Shown here: one piece after another, positions 25,209 to 37,082 of the stretch
Numbering within the stretch: position 1 is the stretch's first letter
Layout of the letters: the number at the start of each line of letters is the position of its first letter
Assembly (NCBI GenBank): GCA_002269645.1
Contig: NIVC01000374.1
Location: 186,001-250,000, forward strand
DNA from: Macrostomum lignano
Taxonomy: Eukaryota
DNA: 64,000 nucleotides
Direction: 5' to 3'
Program-made: the position numbers and the translations under genes
The notes under the pieces: generated by a model
Told to the model about the DNA's origin: nothing
Databases searched by the model: none
The model's input: the letters and a program-made list of their open reading frames with translations, nothing else

Positions 25209-25968
25209 GGGGGCCCATCACAAGCTCGAAAAGTCACATCGTCGAAAAGCATCCACCATCACAAGCTCGAAAAGTCACATCGTCGAAAAGCATCCACCAT
25301 CACAAGCTCGAAAAGTCACAAGCTCGAAAAGTCACATCGTCGAAAAGCATCCACCATCACAAGCTCGAAAAGTCACAAGCTCGAAAAGTCACATCGTCGA
25401 AAAGCATCCACCATCACAAGCTCGAAAAGTCACTTCGTCGAAAACTGACTTAGCAACCACCATCACAATCTCGAAAAATCACATCGTCGAAAAGTTTAGC
25501 AACCACCATCACAAGCTCGAAGTCACAAGCTCGAAAAATCACATCGTCGAAAAGTTTAGCAACCACCACCACAAGCTCGAAAAGTCACATCGTCGAAAAA
25601 GTAGGGTTAGGGTTCAGGGTTAGGTTAGGGGTTAGGGTTAGTGCTTGTGCCTTAGGGTAGGGTTCAGGGTTAGGTTAGGGGTTAGGGTTAGTGCTTGCGC
25701 CTTAGGGTAGGGTTCAGGGTTAGGTTAGGGGTTAGTGCTTGTTTGTGCCTTAGGTTAGGGTTAGAGTTAGAGATGGTGGTTGGTAAATCAGTTTTTGACG
25801 ATGTGACTTTTTGAGCTTGTGATGGACATGGTTGCTAAACTTTTCGACGATGTGACTTTTCGAGCTTGTGATGGTGGTTGCTAAATAAGTTTTCGATGTG
25901 ACTTTTCGAGCTTATGATGGAGCCCTGCTTTCGACGATGTGATTTTCCGAGCTTATGATGGCGACCCC
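25209..25968. mobile_element. Foldback/MITE-like element: modular inverted arms flanking a telomere-like (TTAGGG-variant) core
   Basis: Left arm of tandem CCATCACAAGCTCGAAAAGTCACATCGTCGAAAA modules (25209-25600), right arm of reverse-complement modules (25790-25968), core AGGGTTAGGGTTCAGGGTTAGG (25602-25770). Confidence 0.7.
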
Positions 25969-26069
25969 ACAAGAGTAGAGACAATGCCTATAAAGTGCAG
26001 TAATTAAACAAGTCAGCAAGTAGGTAAGTAACAACAACAAACAACAAAATAATTCTCCCGCCAGCCACT

Positions 26070-26208
26070 CAGTGGAATGGAAAAGTCAGAGAGCGCGTCT
26101 CTGGGCCATATGGCCCTCCAAAAGTCACACCCCGGCCCTGCTTGGCATCAAGTAAATAAGCAAGAAAGTAAGTCAGTAACCAAGTAAGGTCTCTTGTATA
26201 GCCAATAG
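26070..26208 (+). mobile_element. Possible 5'-truncated 3' end of an RTE-like LINE
   Basis: Short open stretch (EWKSQRARLWAIWPS...) followed by a degenerate (TAAG)n-like tail AAGTAAATAAGCAAGAAAGTAAGTCAGTAACCAAGTAAG. Confidence 0.25.
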
Positions 26209-26318
26209 TGCATGCTATAATCGCAATTATGGGTAGGCTGCCTGGGTTGAAACGCGATTGAAACGCTCTACATTTGTCCGCCGTCACTGTCTATGGTTGA
26301 AGCATATTTCAATTATAT

Positions 26319-26963
26319 TCAATTCATATCACTTATAGCCACTGTATATTTCACTGCCAACAAACACAAGACCAAACACAACAGGAATGAAACACGAAGT
26401 AAACGAAATAATTCAGTAAATAACGCTTGGAAGCTCAAAATGATGTGGCTGGAGAGTTCATCAATAGTTACCTCAATTCGCACGTTCCTTGTCTCCAGCA
26501 CGTACCGATGAATAGACGCCCTGAAGCACACCAGACTTTGGACAGCGTATGGCTTGCCTTCCTGAGTCCTCAGTGACACAAACCACAGCCGCATATAGGC
26601 ACAAAGATAGCGGATCGGCATTGTTTCGATGTTGTCCGGCAGTTTCTGGTCCACCAGATATTTTTTGAAGCGCTTCACATTGAGAGCGGTTTGATCCGTG
26701 GTCGATTTGCGTTTGGCAGCCTCTTCGACGTCTTGCACAGCAGCTTCCTCTTCTTCCGTCAGTTCCCGCAGAAGCTCGGCATTATTCAGAATGCTTGGAT
26801 TGGACAATTCTGCGTCAATCAACTCCTGCTGTCTTACGGTCACACCGGTCCACTGACTAACTTCTTCACCAGGATCACGATGTCCAAGTTGCTGCAGAAA
26901 CTCAATCTCATTCATTTCTAAACCGCTAATATCTTCCTCTAGTATTGATTCCCAGTGAAACAT
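26319..26963 (-). mobile_element. Truncated Crypton-like (DUF3504/ZMYM-KCTD1-QRICH1-related) tyrosine recombinase ORF; N-terminal part only
   Basis: KSTTDQTALNVKRFKKYL...IETMPIRYLCAYMRLWFVSLRTQEGKPYAVQSLVCFRASIHRYV matches the Crypton core-binding region pattern (ST..T......F..YL...IE.MP...L..YL..F...R..DG..Y...SL...RA.I.RY). No catalytic R-H-R-Y region follows. Confidence 0.7.
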
Positions 26964-27684
26964 GGCTAATTCCGAACCTTAAAGCTGTTTAAATCTTATT
27001 TTCTCTCCCACCCACCAAGAGAAGAATGCTTCAAACTCTATTTGGGTTTCAACCATAGACAGTCTCCGCGGACTGCGAAACCGCCACGAAGCATATAGCT
27101 AAACCTTTTTCAACCATAGACAGTTTCTGTGGACGTGAAACCGCGTTGTGCATCCGCGCTTCAGCCTACCCATAACACTAATATGGACTACTAATACGCG
27201 CCTCGGCGTTTCAGTTCACTTCAGTCCTCAACAGCCAGTCTATATTAATATATTCTATATAAAGCAGCTTGATAACTTGAAAGGGCTAGACATTTTCAGC
27301 CAAGTGTATAAGGATGATAAAATTTGCCATTATCCAATCCGGTGAATTCAGACTTCAGAGTAGATAATAGTTCATTTGTCATGGCTGACTGTAGTAAATA
27401 TTAACGTATAAATAGGTTTCTAAAAGCAGGGTTACGACTTATTCTAATTACTAATCCGTGCTGCTGGACTGTAGGGTTGGTCACAAATCATAAAAAAAGC
27501 TGGATTCTTTCGGAGCTACAGTATAACACTGCCCGTGAAATACGTGGAATAAAAGTACAAAATCTTTTTTTACACAATTTTCTCGGCGTTTTATCAGTAA
27601 GGAACGGAGGCTGGGTAACAGTGAGTCATATCCTGCCACAGTCGCCGCAGCACGATCAGCGCAGAAGTCGTGAAGACACTACGT

Positions 27685-28050
27685 GAAGTGGGGTATTAGA
27701 CACAGAGTGAAGTGGGTATTAGACACTGAGTGAAGTGGGGTATTAGACACTGAGTGAAGTGAGGTATTAGACACTGAGTGAAGTGGGGTATTAGACACTG
27801 AGTGAAGTGAGGTATTAGACACTGAGTGAAGTGGGTGTATTAGACACTGAGTGAAGTGAGGTATTAGACACTGAGTGAAGTGGGTGTATTAGACACTGAG
27901 TGAAGTGGGTATTAGACACTGACGTGAAGTGGTGTATTAGACACTGAGTGAAGTGGGGTATTAGACACTGAGTGAAGTGGGGTATTAGACACTGAGTGAA
28001 GTGGGGTATTAGACACTGAGTGAAGTGAGGTACACTGAGACAGGTGGAGT
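27685..28050. repeat. ~24-bp minisatellite (GTGAAGTGGGGTATTAGACACTGA)n
   Basis: Tandem copies visible. Confidence 0.9.
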
Positions 28051-28929
28051 GGGAAATCAGACACGGAGTGAAGAGTAAAATTACAGTGAATGAGGAATAA
28101 AAAAACTAACACGCCTGTTAAGTAAAGCAATGCAGAGGAAGGGAAGGGAAGTCAAGCGTACAAAACAGGTACAATAATTTTTGCCTGGCACACCAAACGA
28201 GGCTGGATTTAAGTTCTAGCAACCTGGCATAGTGAACCTGACATTTCGGAAAACCCGGATGCTTAGAAAAACAGCACTTAGAATTAAAGAATCAGAAGAC
28301 TGCAAGCTAAGAAATAAAAGTATTTGTTATTTTTTGTAGAGACTTAAAGTACACCCAGTACTTTAAAAACAAGTTAAAAAATGAGTGAAAAGAGCACAAC
28401 AGTCTCCTTTGAAAGAGGTACTAAAGTACATCTTGTAAAGGCCGCACAATTTAGTAGAAGAAATTATAGCGATTACTTAATATATACCGCATGTTGTGTA
28501 TATTTAGGCATTTACTCTATAACGAACATGTTTTTTGAAGAATAAAAGTTTTTTAAGATTTAGCAAATACTTTAAAGCTGTACTTTATATGACAAAGGTT
28601 TTTTTAAGAACTGTTTCCCAAGATACATTTCTAAGCAAACTTTTTATTTTAATAACTCACTGAAAGACTCCAAATAAAAGCAAATTTTGGTGTTGATTTT
28701 CCAATTATAAGATTATGTATATACAGAAAAATGTGAAAAAAAGCAAATGTATATCAAGTAATAAGGCATTAACTTCATACTTACATAATATAAATATCAT
28801 AGTTACTTTTGTCATAAATACTCGTACATAAGCTTTAAACAAAATCGAATAAACATGTCAAATGTATAAACCTTCATACGATTTTTATTAGCTAACGGGC
28901 CTACAAGGCATGGAGATGTTAACTCTCTC

Positions 28930-29310
28930 CCGGATGTCTATTGGCTGACGGGTCATTGAAACACTATCCCTCTTCTCGATTCCTATTGGCTGACGGACCA
29001 TTAAAACTGTATTTCTCCCCTTGATTCCTATTGGTTAACGGGTTATTGAAACACTACCCCTCTCCTCGATTTCTATTGTCTGACGGTTCATTGAAACAGT
29101 ATCCCTCATCTCGATTCCTATTGGCTGATGGACCATTTAAACACAATCCCTCTCTTCGATTCCTATTGGCTGATGGATCATTAAAACACAATCCGTCTCC
29201 TCGATTCCGATTGGCTGACGGGTCATTAAAACAGTATCCCACTCCTCGATTCCTATTGGCTGACGGGTCATTAAAACACTATCCCTTTCCTCGATGCCTA
29301 TTGGTCGAGC
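28930..29310. repeat. 42-bp minisatellite (CCTATTGGCTGACGGGTCATTAAAACAGTATCCCTCTCCTCGATT-type)
   Basis: About 8 diverged tandem copies. Confidence 0.85.
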
Positions 29311-29418
29311 TGACATACCCTCTTTTTTCTCGGTTCTGATTTGGTTAAATCATAATTATTAGAGCAGACACAAATGAAAAACTTAATATCTTACTGGTTT
29401 CTTATCAGTCTGCATCTG

Positions 29419-29985
29419 TTACTTCCTACAAGCATAGCGACGAATATATTCGCTAACTTTAAGCTTGAACGCCTGCGGATTGCACCTATACTGATCGGCT
29501 GCTTCGGCGTTCAATGCGTCGTGAAAATCACACAGATCGGTGAACAAAGATTCCAAGCCAAGTACGACATCTTTTAGCGTTCTAGTCGGATACCAGCCGA
29601 AATCATCAATGGAGTTCAGGCGCAATAGAGACAGGCAGACTTCGCCTTGTTCGCTCACATTGGGATGCCAAACCCGGGTCTGACAGGTGACCTCAGGCGG
29701 GGCCAGATTATAAGCCTCGGGCACTCGGACTATGAATTTGAAATGCCCACCAGCCCACAGGCCCTCGGCAGGCGATATTGTGAGTACAAACTCCGATAGT
29801 ACACTAGGGTTAGGCAAATGAAGAGTTGTACGCTGTTGAGTGAGCACTTCTTGCAGTTCGGACATCTCTTTTAGTAGTAGTCGATCGCGAGATGTAGAAA
29901 TCGTTCTGGTGCGACCGCCGCCGCCGCCGCCGCCCCCAGCTGATTCAGCGGCTGCAGCGGCTTGCTGTTGCTTTAGTTTGAACAT
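29419..29985 (-). CDS. UBE2F: NEDD8-conjugating enzyme UBE2F, intronless CDS
   Basis: UBC fold with HPNVSEQGEVCLSLLR (active-site Cys), UBE2F-type insert LNSIDDFGWYPTRTLKDVVLGLESLFTDL and N-terminal MFKLK E1-docking peptide. Confidence 0.9.
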   Translation of the reverse strand: MFKLKQQQAAAAAESAGGGGGGGGRTRTISTSRDRLLLKEMSELQEVLTQQRTTLHLPNPSVLSEFVLTISPAEGLWAGGHFKFIVRVPEAYNLAPPEVTCQTRVWHPNVSEQGEVCLSLLRLNSIDDFGWYPTRTLKDVVLGLESLFTDLCDFHDALNAEAADQYRCNPQAFKLKVSEYIRRYACRK

Positions 29986-30169
29986 GTGGACGCATGCAAA
30001 ATGGGGATGGAAACGATTGCAAGTTGGGAGCTATTATAAAAGGCAAAATTTATAAGGAATCTGAAATGTCCGCATAAAATACAATGGGTAGTATCCCAGG
30101 GGGTAGGATAACCTGTTGGTGGGAAATATGGAAAGTGAAGCAGTAGGATAGGAAGACGGGATGAGGGTA

Positions 30170-31560
30170 GAAAAACCAGAGGGAAAAAATGGTGTGAGAA
30201 AACTGGGGTAGGAATACAGTGGGGGTAGGAATACAGTGGGGGTAGGAATAGTGGGGTAGGAATACAGTGGGGCTAGGAATAGTGGGGTAGGAAAACAGAT
30301 GGGGGTAGGAATACAGTGGGGTAGGAATACAGTGGGGGTAGGAATACAGTGGGGTAGGAATACAGTGGGGTAGGAAAACAGTTGGGGTAGGAATAGTGGG
30401 GTAGGAAAACAGTGGGGGTAGGAATACAGTTGGGGTAGGAATAGTGGGGTAGGAAAACAGTGGGGGTAGGAATACAGTGGGGGTAGGAATACAGTGGGGT
30501 AGGAATACAGTGGGGGTAGGAATACAGTTGGGGTAGGAATAGTGGGGTAGGAAAACAGTGGGGGTAGGAAAACAGTGGGGTAAGGAATACAGTGGGGGTA
30601 GGAATACAGTGGGGTAGGAATACAGTGGGGGTAGGAATACAGTGGGGTAGGAATACAGTGGGGCTAGGAATAGTGGGGTAGGAAAACAGTGGGGGTAGGA
30701 ATACAGTGGGGTAGGAATACAGTGGGGTAGGAAAACAGTGGGGGTAGGAATACAGTGGGGTAGGAATACAGTGGGGGTAGGAAAACAGTGGGGGTAGGAA
30801 TACAGTGGGGTAGGAATACAGTGGGGTAGGAAAACAGTGGGGTAGGAATACAGTGGGGGTAGGAATACAGTGGGGTAGGAATACAGTGGGGGTAGGAATA
30901 CAGTTGGGGTAGGAATACTGGGGTAGGAAAACAGTGGGGTAGGAATACAGTGGGGTAGGAATACAGTGGGGGTAGGAATACAGTGGGGTAGGAATACAGT
31001 GGGGGTAGGAATACAGTTGGGGTAGGAATACAGTGGGGCTAGGAATAGTGGGGTAGGAAAACAGTGGGGGTAGGAATACAGTGGGGTAGGAATACAGTGG
31101 GGGTAGGAAAACAGTGGGGGTAGGAATACAGTGGGGTAGGAAAACAGTGGGGGTAGGAATACAGTGGGGTAGGAATACAGTGGGGCTAGGAATAGTGGGG
31201 TAGGAATACAGTGGGGCTAGGAATAGTGGGGTAGGAAAACAGTGGGGGTAGGAATACAGTGGGGTAGGAATACAGTGGGGGTAGGAAAACAGTGGGGGTA
31301 GGAATACAGTGGGGTAGGAATACAGTGGGGGTAGGAAAACAGTGGGGTAGGAATACAGTGGGGCTAGGAAAACAGTGGGGGTAGGAATACAGTGGGGTAG
31401 GAAAACAGTGGGGGTAGGAATACAGTGGGGCTAGGAAAACAGTGGGGGTAGGAAAACAGTGGGGTAGGAATACAGTGGGGTAGGAATACAGTGGGGTAGG
31501 AATACAGTGGAGGTAGGAAAACAGTGGGGTAGGAATACAGTGGGGGTAGGAAAACAGTGT
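30170..31560. repeat. G-run minisatellite (GGGGGTAGGAATACAGT)n
   Basis: G4-5 runs every 14-17 nt over 1.4 kb. Confidence 0.95.
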
Positions 31561-32329
31561 TTATGTTAACAAGTTGGTAGAGAAACAAACGGAGGTAAGG
31601 GGTCTAGGTGACAGCTTTAAGGCCCTAGAAGATAAATTGAAATAAGTTGAACTCATTAGCTAGTTAAGATAGTATACAAATTCTATTAATCACATCGCTT
31701 TATTTATTTTTAATCAACACCAAACGGACAAATATTGCATCAATCAAAAATGTTATAAAACTCGTAGCAATCACATTATACCTAAAATAACGAAAAAATC
31801 TGATTTTAACTGACAAAATTTAGTTTTTAAATATCAAAGGAAATAACCTATTTTCCAACCACAGACTCTCAGAAAAAAGAAACAAATCAAAACGATAGAA
31901 TCTAGACAACACTTGATTATAATATCACTCTTTGTTTGGTCCGAGTAAAATTTTTTTGCATGAACAAATACGAGTCTCATTAGACATTTTTCATACGCAA
32001 GCTAGTAAAACGAACTTTACTACAGTGACTAGTGGAATAAATATCAAATATATTGCATATGTAAAAGTGCGTACCAGTTTCAACTGTACAGAAAAGGCTG
32101 ACATGAGAAAATAAATATATCAAGTGCTTTGTGACACAAAAAATCGAAGCTGCAGTTGGATTTACTAATGAAAAATCATTTATAGTCATTACAGACACAA
32201 ATTTATAAAATATTAATTGCATCGAAGAAAGTATAATATAACTTTTACATGTACTATTAAAAGCGAAATTTGTAAGTTCGCTTTGAGTGACTGAACATAT
32301 TTAAAAAGGGTATTTATTATAGAGAGGGT

Positions 32330-32620
32330 GGGTCGAGGCCCGAATTAGTGAGGGGTTGGTCTAGAGTGATTGTACATTGGGGGAGAGACTATCAGTAAGG
32401 GGGTTGGTAGAGTGAATGTACATTGGGGAGAGACTATCAGTAGGGGGTTGGTCTAGAGTGAATGTACATTGGGGGAGAGACTACCAGTAAGGGGGTTGGC
32501 CTAGATTGAATCTACATTGGGGTCCGGTAGAGACTGTCAGTGAGGGGTTGGCCTAGAGTGAATGTAATTTGAGGAGGGATCGGACCGTCAGTGAGGGGGT
32601 TGGTCGGGAGTGAATTTTTT
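32330..32620. repeat. ~50-bp G-rich minisatellite
   Basis: Units of TAGAGTGAATGTACATTGGGGAGAGACTATCAGTAAGGGGGTTGG-type. Confidence 0.8.
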
Positions 32621-33738
32621 ACTTTGATTGGAAGAGCGACTGTCAGTGATGAACTGATGAGCTGGGGGTAAAAGTAGACGAGATTTAAAAAATCTAGATA
32701 AAGACAAAAACTGTAATGAAAGTACATGTGAACCTAAAACTTAATTATTTATTGTTGCAGAGAAGTAACACAAATAGCTAGAAACAGTTTCAATCAAGGA
32801 TATACGCTCGTATAAATAGACTAAACCCTGAAGAGTGCTCAACGGAAAATTTTCGAATTGCACAGAGAGATAAGAATGTACAGAGATATTTTATTAATTA
32901 AGTACTAATACTATTAAACTACTGAATATAACACAGATCAAAGGCATAATAAAAAAGCAGTTGCGAGATTCAAAGTAAAAAATAAGACAATTTTTTAATC
33001 GTACATTGATTGCAGAATAGGATCTCAAAGTCTAGCTTTCTAAGCTAATTAAATAAATAAACGTAGTTTTATACGAACTGATTGTTCGTATACGGTGAAG
33101 CATACATGCATCTTAATCAGACAGAATTGATTGACAAAATTCTCAGGCTCTATTGCAGATAGCGATTTCAGAGGCAAGGAGCATAAGCTCATAATTAAAA
33201 ATACAAATCACAATTTATTGTTCAGAGAAAATAGCTCAATGACGAATTGACGACTCTTTGCTAACCAAATAGAATCGGTATATATAATTATATATAAATG
33301 ATGCTGCCACATATTTTTTTATTATTTGCTTGAATATTGGCCGCCTTGGTACACAAACAATCAATGCTAATTAGTTAATTATAATTAGAGCAAGTTAGAG
33401 CCAGTAGAACAGCAGGTAGACAGTCAAACTGATCAGTAGAACCAGAGCAGATATTGACGGCAGCTCTTGCCACTGAAATTTTACAAAGAAAATTTCGATA
33501 ATTAATTATAGCAACATAGTTTCTATATAGTTAAGCCATGGATTTTCCCACACGGGGGTCATCTGACCCTATTGACCTCCCTGGGCTTGCAATTGTTCCA
33601 TGAGCGTTCCGCTGACGCAAAAAAATTCGCGAAAAATGATTACATAATAAAACAATTTTAATTGCGTAATATTTTTCCTCACTGGGTAAAAATACTTATA
33701 AAATTCTATAGTGCGCTACTTGTTAGTAGCTTCAGTAG

Positions 33739-34041
33739 GAATAATAATAACAAGATAAAAATAACTGATTACACCTGCAACCGGAAGCTCAGCCGTAGCT
33801 ATTAGACGGCGCATCTGAAGGCTGCGTACGGCTGTTCAGTCCAAGGACTGGGGGGGGGGTCGCCACACACCCTCAGGTACCCCAGTTAATGCTGGCACCC
33901 ATTTTACAGCTGGGTGAACTGAAGCAATGCAGAGTTAAAGTATCTTGCTCAAGGACACTAATTGTTCCGAGTGAGTCGAGAATCGAACCCCCGACCTTCA
34001 AGACGTGAGCCGGACGCTCTAACCACTAGACTACAACCACC
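33739..34041 (-). mobile_element. tRNA-derived SINE with a CORE-like central domain and (TTA)n tail
   Basis: Minus strand: A-box TAGTCTAGTGGTTAGAGC, B-box GGTTCGATTC, then GTGTCCTTGAGCAAGATACTTTAACTCTGCATTGCTTCAGTTCACCCAGCTGTAAAATGGG, which resembles the MIR/CORE domain. 3' tail TTATTATTATT. Confidence 0.8.
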
Positions 34042-34044
34042 GTA

Positions 34045-37000
34045 TCAAATTAATTCACTCAGTATAAAATTAGAACAATGCAACTCTGCACCTACCAACA
34101 TCACGGCAATCTGCTGGCGCCAATCAAATCCGATGGTAGAAGAGCTTCGATCGATACCACAACTTTGCGACGCAGTCGCTTTATTCGACATGAGCAACGA
34201 TTCGTCAAGCCATCGCGCCTGCTGTCGCATCTCCTCTAATAGTTGCTGGGCGCTTTCCCCAAGCTCGGCGCCGCTAGCCAAGTACCGACGCTGTTCGGCA
34301 TCCAGCCGGCTGATCAGCTCCGACACTCGGCGCTCGGTTGCTAGCAAAGATTCTGACAAACGGCGATCTTCATCTGCTTCCAAGTCTTCGACGTCATCGT
34401 CGTCGTATTCACGGCCGCGGCGGTCGAACTCAACAGCGTCGCCGTCATCTGATATCGTCGCTTGTCGATGCTGCTGTCGATAATGATGTCGCCGAATGAC
34501 CCGACGCAATGTCTGGCCATCGTCGACGATGTCGAAAGCGGCGGCGTCGGCGGTATCGGCAGTTTCGTTGGCGGTCGCGAGTTCTTCAACTGGCCGACAG
34601 GCGCCAGATGCAGATCCGTTGCTAACGGCGTCCAAACAGATGCCTGTTTTATCCAGCACATAGTCTAGCAGCTCCTCTACCAGGCTGATTTGCACTCCTA
34701 CGGCTAAGGTGTCGATTGTGGCCGGTGTCCGGCCGACTATGTTAGCAACAAGATCGTTGTTGTCCGTGTCTTCGCTGTGCTCAAGCTGAGACTGCTGCTG
34801 AGCATCGGCCGCTGCAGTTGAGGATCCTGACAGCATGCCAGCGATTTGGTCGCATCTGGGAAAATTATTTTGTTTAATTTTGAGATACTCGTATTAGCGT
34901 ATTCTAGGAAATATAATTGGACTGTACTTTTAAGTCAGGAAAGGGAGTTTGAGCCTCATTTTCAGAGAGCAGGATTAAAGGTCGACTAACGGCTAATGGC
35001 GATCAAATGATTCTAAGAAACAGGGAATATAGAGGGCGATTCTAAGAAATTTGGGGTGGGGCTTAAAAACAACTCTAGGATTCTGAGAAATATACGATAC
35101 TTCTAAGAATTAGGGGTTGAAAGAGGTCTTAAAAATGGGATTAAACAACGATTCTAAAAAGTTTGATTAAACAACGCTTTTAAAAATGGGCATTACAGGG
35201 TGATTTAAAGAAGTTTAAAGATTCTAAGAAAATGGGAATTACAGAACGATTCTAAGAAAATGGGGGTTACAGAACGATTCTAAGAAAATGGGTACAGAAC
35301 GATTCTAAGAAAATGGGAACTACAGAACGATTCTAAGAAAATGGGGGTTACAGAACAATTCTAAGAAAATGGAGATTACAGAACGATTCTAAGAAAATGA
35401 GGATTACAGAACGATTCTAAGAAAATGGGGATTGCAAAGCGATTCTAAGAAAACGGGGATTACAGAACGATTCTAAGAAAATGGGGAGTATAGAATGATT
35501 CTAAGAAAACGGGGATTACAGAACGATTCTAAGAAAATGGGGAGTATAGAATGATTCTAAGAAAACGGGGATTACATAACGATTCCAAGAAAATAAAACT
35601 ACAGAACAATTCTAAGAAAATGGAGATTACAGAACGATTATAAGAAAATGAGAATTACAGAACGATTCTAAGAAAATGGGGATTGCAAAACGATTCTAAG
35701 AAAACGGGGATTACAGAACGATTCTATGAAAATGGGGAGTACAGAATGATTCTAAGAAAATTGGGGATTACAAAGCGATTCTAAGAAAATAAAAACTACA
35801 GAACAATTCTAAGAAAATGGGGATTACAAAAGATTCTAAGAAAATGGAGATTACAGAACGATTCTAAGAAAATGAGGATTACAGAACGATTCTAAGAAAA
35901 TGGGGATTGCAAAACGATTCTAAGAAAACGGGGATTACAAAACGATTCTAAGAAAATAAAAACTACCGAACAATTCTAAGAAAATAGGGATTAAAGAAGA
36001 TTCTAAGAAAATAGGAGTTACAGAATGATTCTAAGAAAATAGAGATTGCAGAACGATTCTAAGAAAGGGAAATTAAATGACGGAATTTAGGCCCAGAGAA
36101 CTTACCTGGCTAACAGATGCTGGCACTCCCGCCCGCCCAGCTCCAATTGAGCCTCTAAATCGGTCAGCCGGCCAATGATAGCCTCCCGTTCGGCCAGGCC
36201 CCTGTCTAGCTCGGCCAGCCAGGCCTCCGCCGCGGCGTTGGAAATCTCAGCTAAATCAACGCCACCCAGACAGCCGTCTCCAACGTCGCCGACAATGCCA
36301 GCTTCTCGAGCGTCGGTGGCAAGCGATTTCAGCCTGGCAACCGCTTGACCATCGGCCGACAATCGACGCCAGGACAATCTTAGCGCCGGCTCATGGTAAA
36401 CAGATGGGCACAGCTCCTGACCCTGCTGTTGCTGCCTACGCCTTAGACAGGCCAATTTCAAATCTAACAGCCGTTCCCTCTGCATTGCCCGCTCTAGACA
36501 GCGGGCCAACAGTTCAGTCCTGCCTACTCCACTATCATCGACTGCGTCATCTGTGTCGTCAACATCGGCAGAGCTGCTTTGCCGTTGTCGGACTCTGGTT
36601 CGACTTCTACTAGGCGCAGTTTCACCATCGGGATGTCGAAGCTCCAGTCGAGCTCTGATACAGTCAAATACAGGTTTGTCGCGGCATTTCACAGGTACGC
36701 CGAATTGAACTGCATCGCCTGTGAGTATCTGAGTAGGACGGTTCCGATCTAACCTGATGCCATTCACAAATGTGCCATTGCTGCTTCTAGTGTCCGTCAG
36801 CAGGAAAGTTCCATCTGTAGTGTAAGCCAGCACTGCATGGCAACGGCTCAGCACTTTGCAATCGAACAGGGCATTATCCTTGGCTGGCCTGAGCTGGCCG
36901 CTAGCCCGGCCAATTCGAACTACGGCAGCTGAAGTTGATGATGAAGCCGTCGAGGAGGCTGGCAGCCTAGGCACCGGGACAAAACGGTCCGAAAATGGAT

Positions 37001-37082
37001 GAGATTCAGCGATTGCTGTCAGACAGACAATAGCAGCTGACTGTTTAATCATTGATTGACAATCCGATTCATCATTGTGCAT
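34045..37082 (-). CDS. SLMAP: SLMAP-like FHA-domain/coiled-coil protein, 2 exons
   Basis: complement(join(34045-34855,36106-37082 or 37052)); donor AG|GTAAG at 36105 and acceptor CCCAG at 34856 give a phase-2 in-frame junction. FHA motifs SHPFSDR, VRIGRA...DNALFDCKVLSRCHA...DTRSSNGTFVNG are characteristic of SLMAP. Confidence 0.8.
35220..36068. repeat. ~28-bp minisatellite (GATTCTAAGAAAATGGGGATTACAGAAC)n in the SLMAP-like intron
   Basis: Tandem copies visible. Confidence 0.9.

Noticed and set aside
25207-25623. 138-aa repetitive ORF
   Set aside because: It is the left arm of the foldback element
25602-25770. True telomere or chromosome fusion site
   Set aside because: Short, degenerate, single orientation and embedded between inverted arms
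32646-32700. TGATGA/CTGATGA motifs (also 16751 and 43718) as snoRNA C boxes or hammerhead cores
   Set aside because: No correctly spaced D box with terminal stem, and no GAAA plus three-stem fold
33963-34041. Apparent tRNA gene
   Set aside because: Acceptor stem is not well paired and the sequence runs into a CORE-like domain and tail; it is a SINE head
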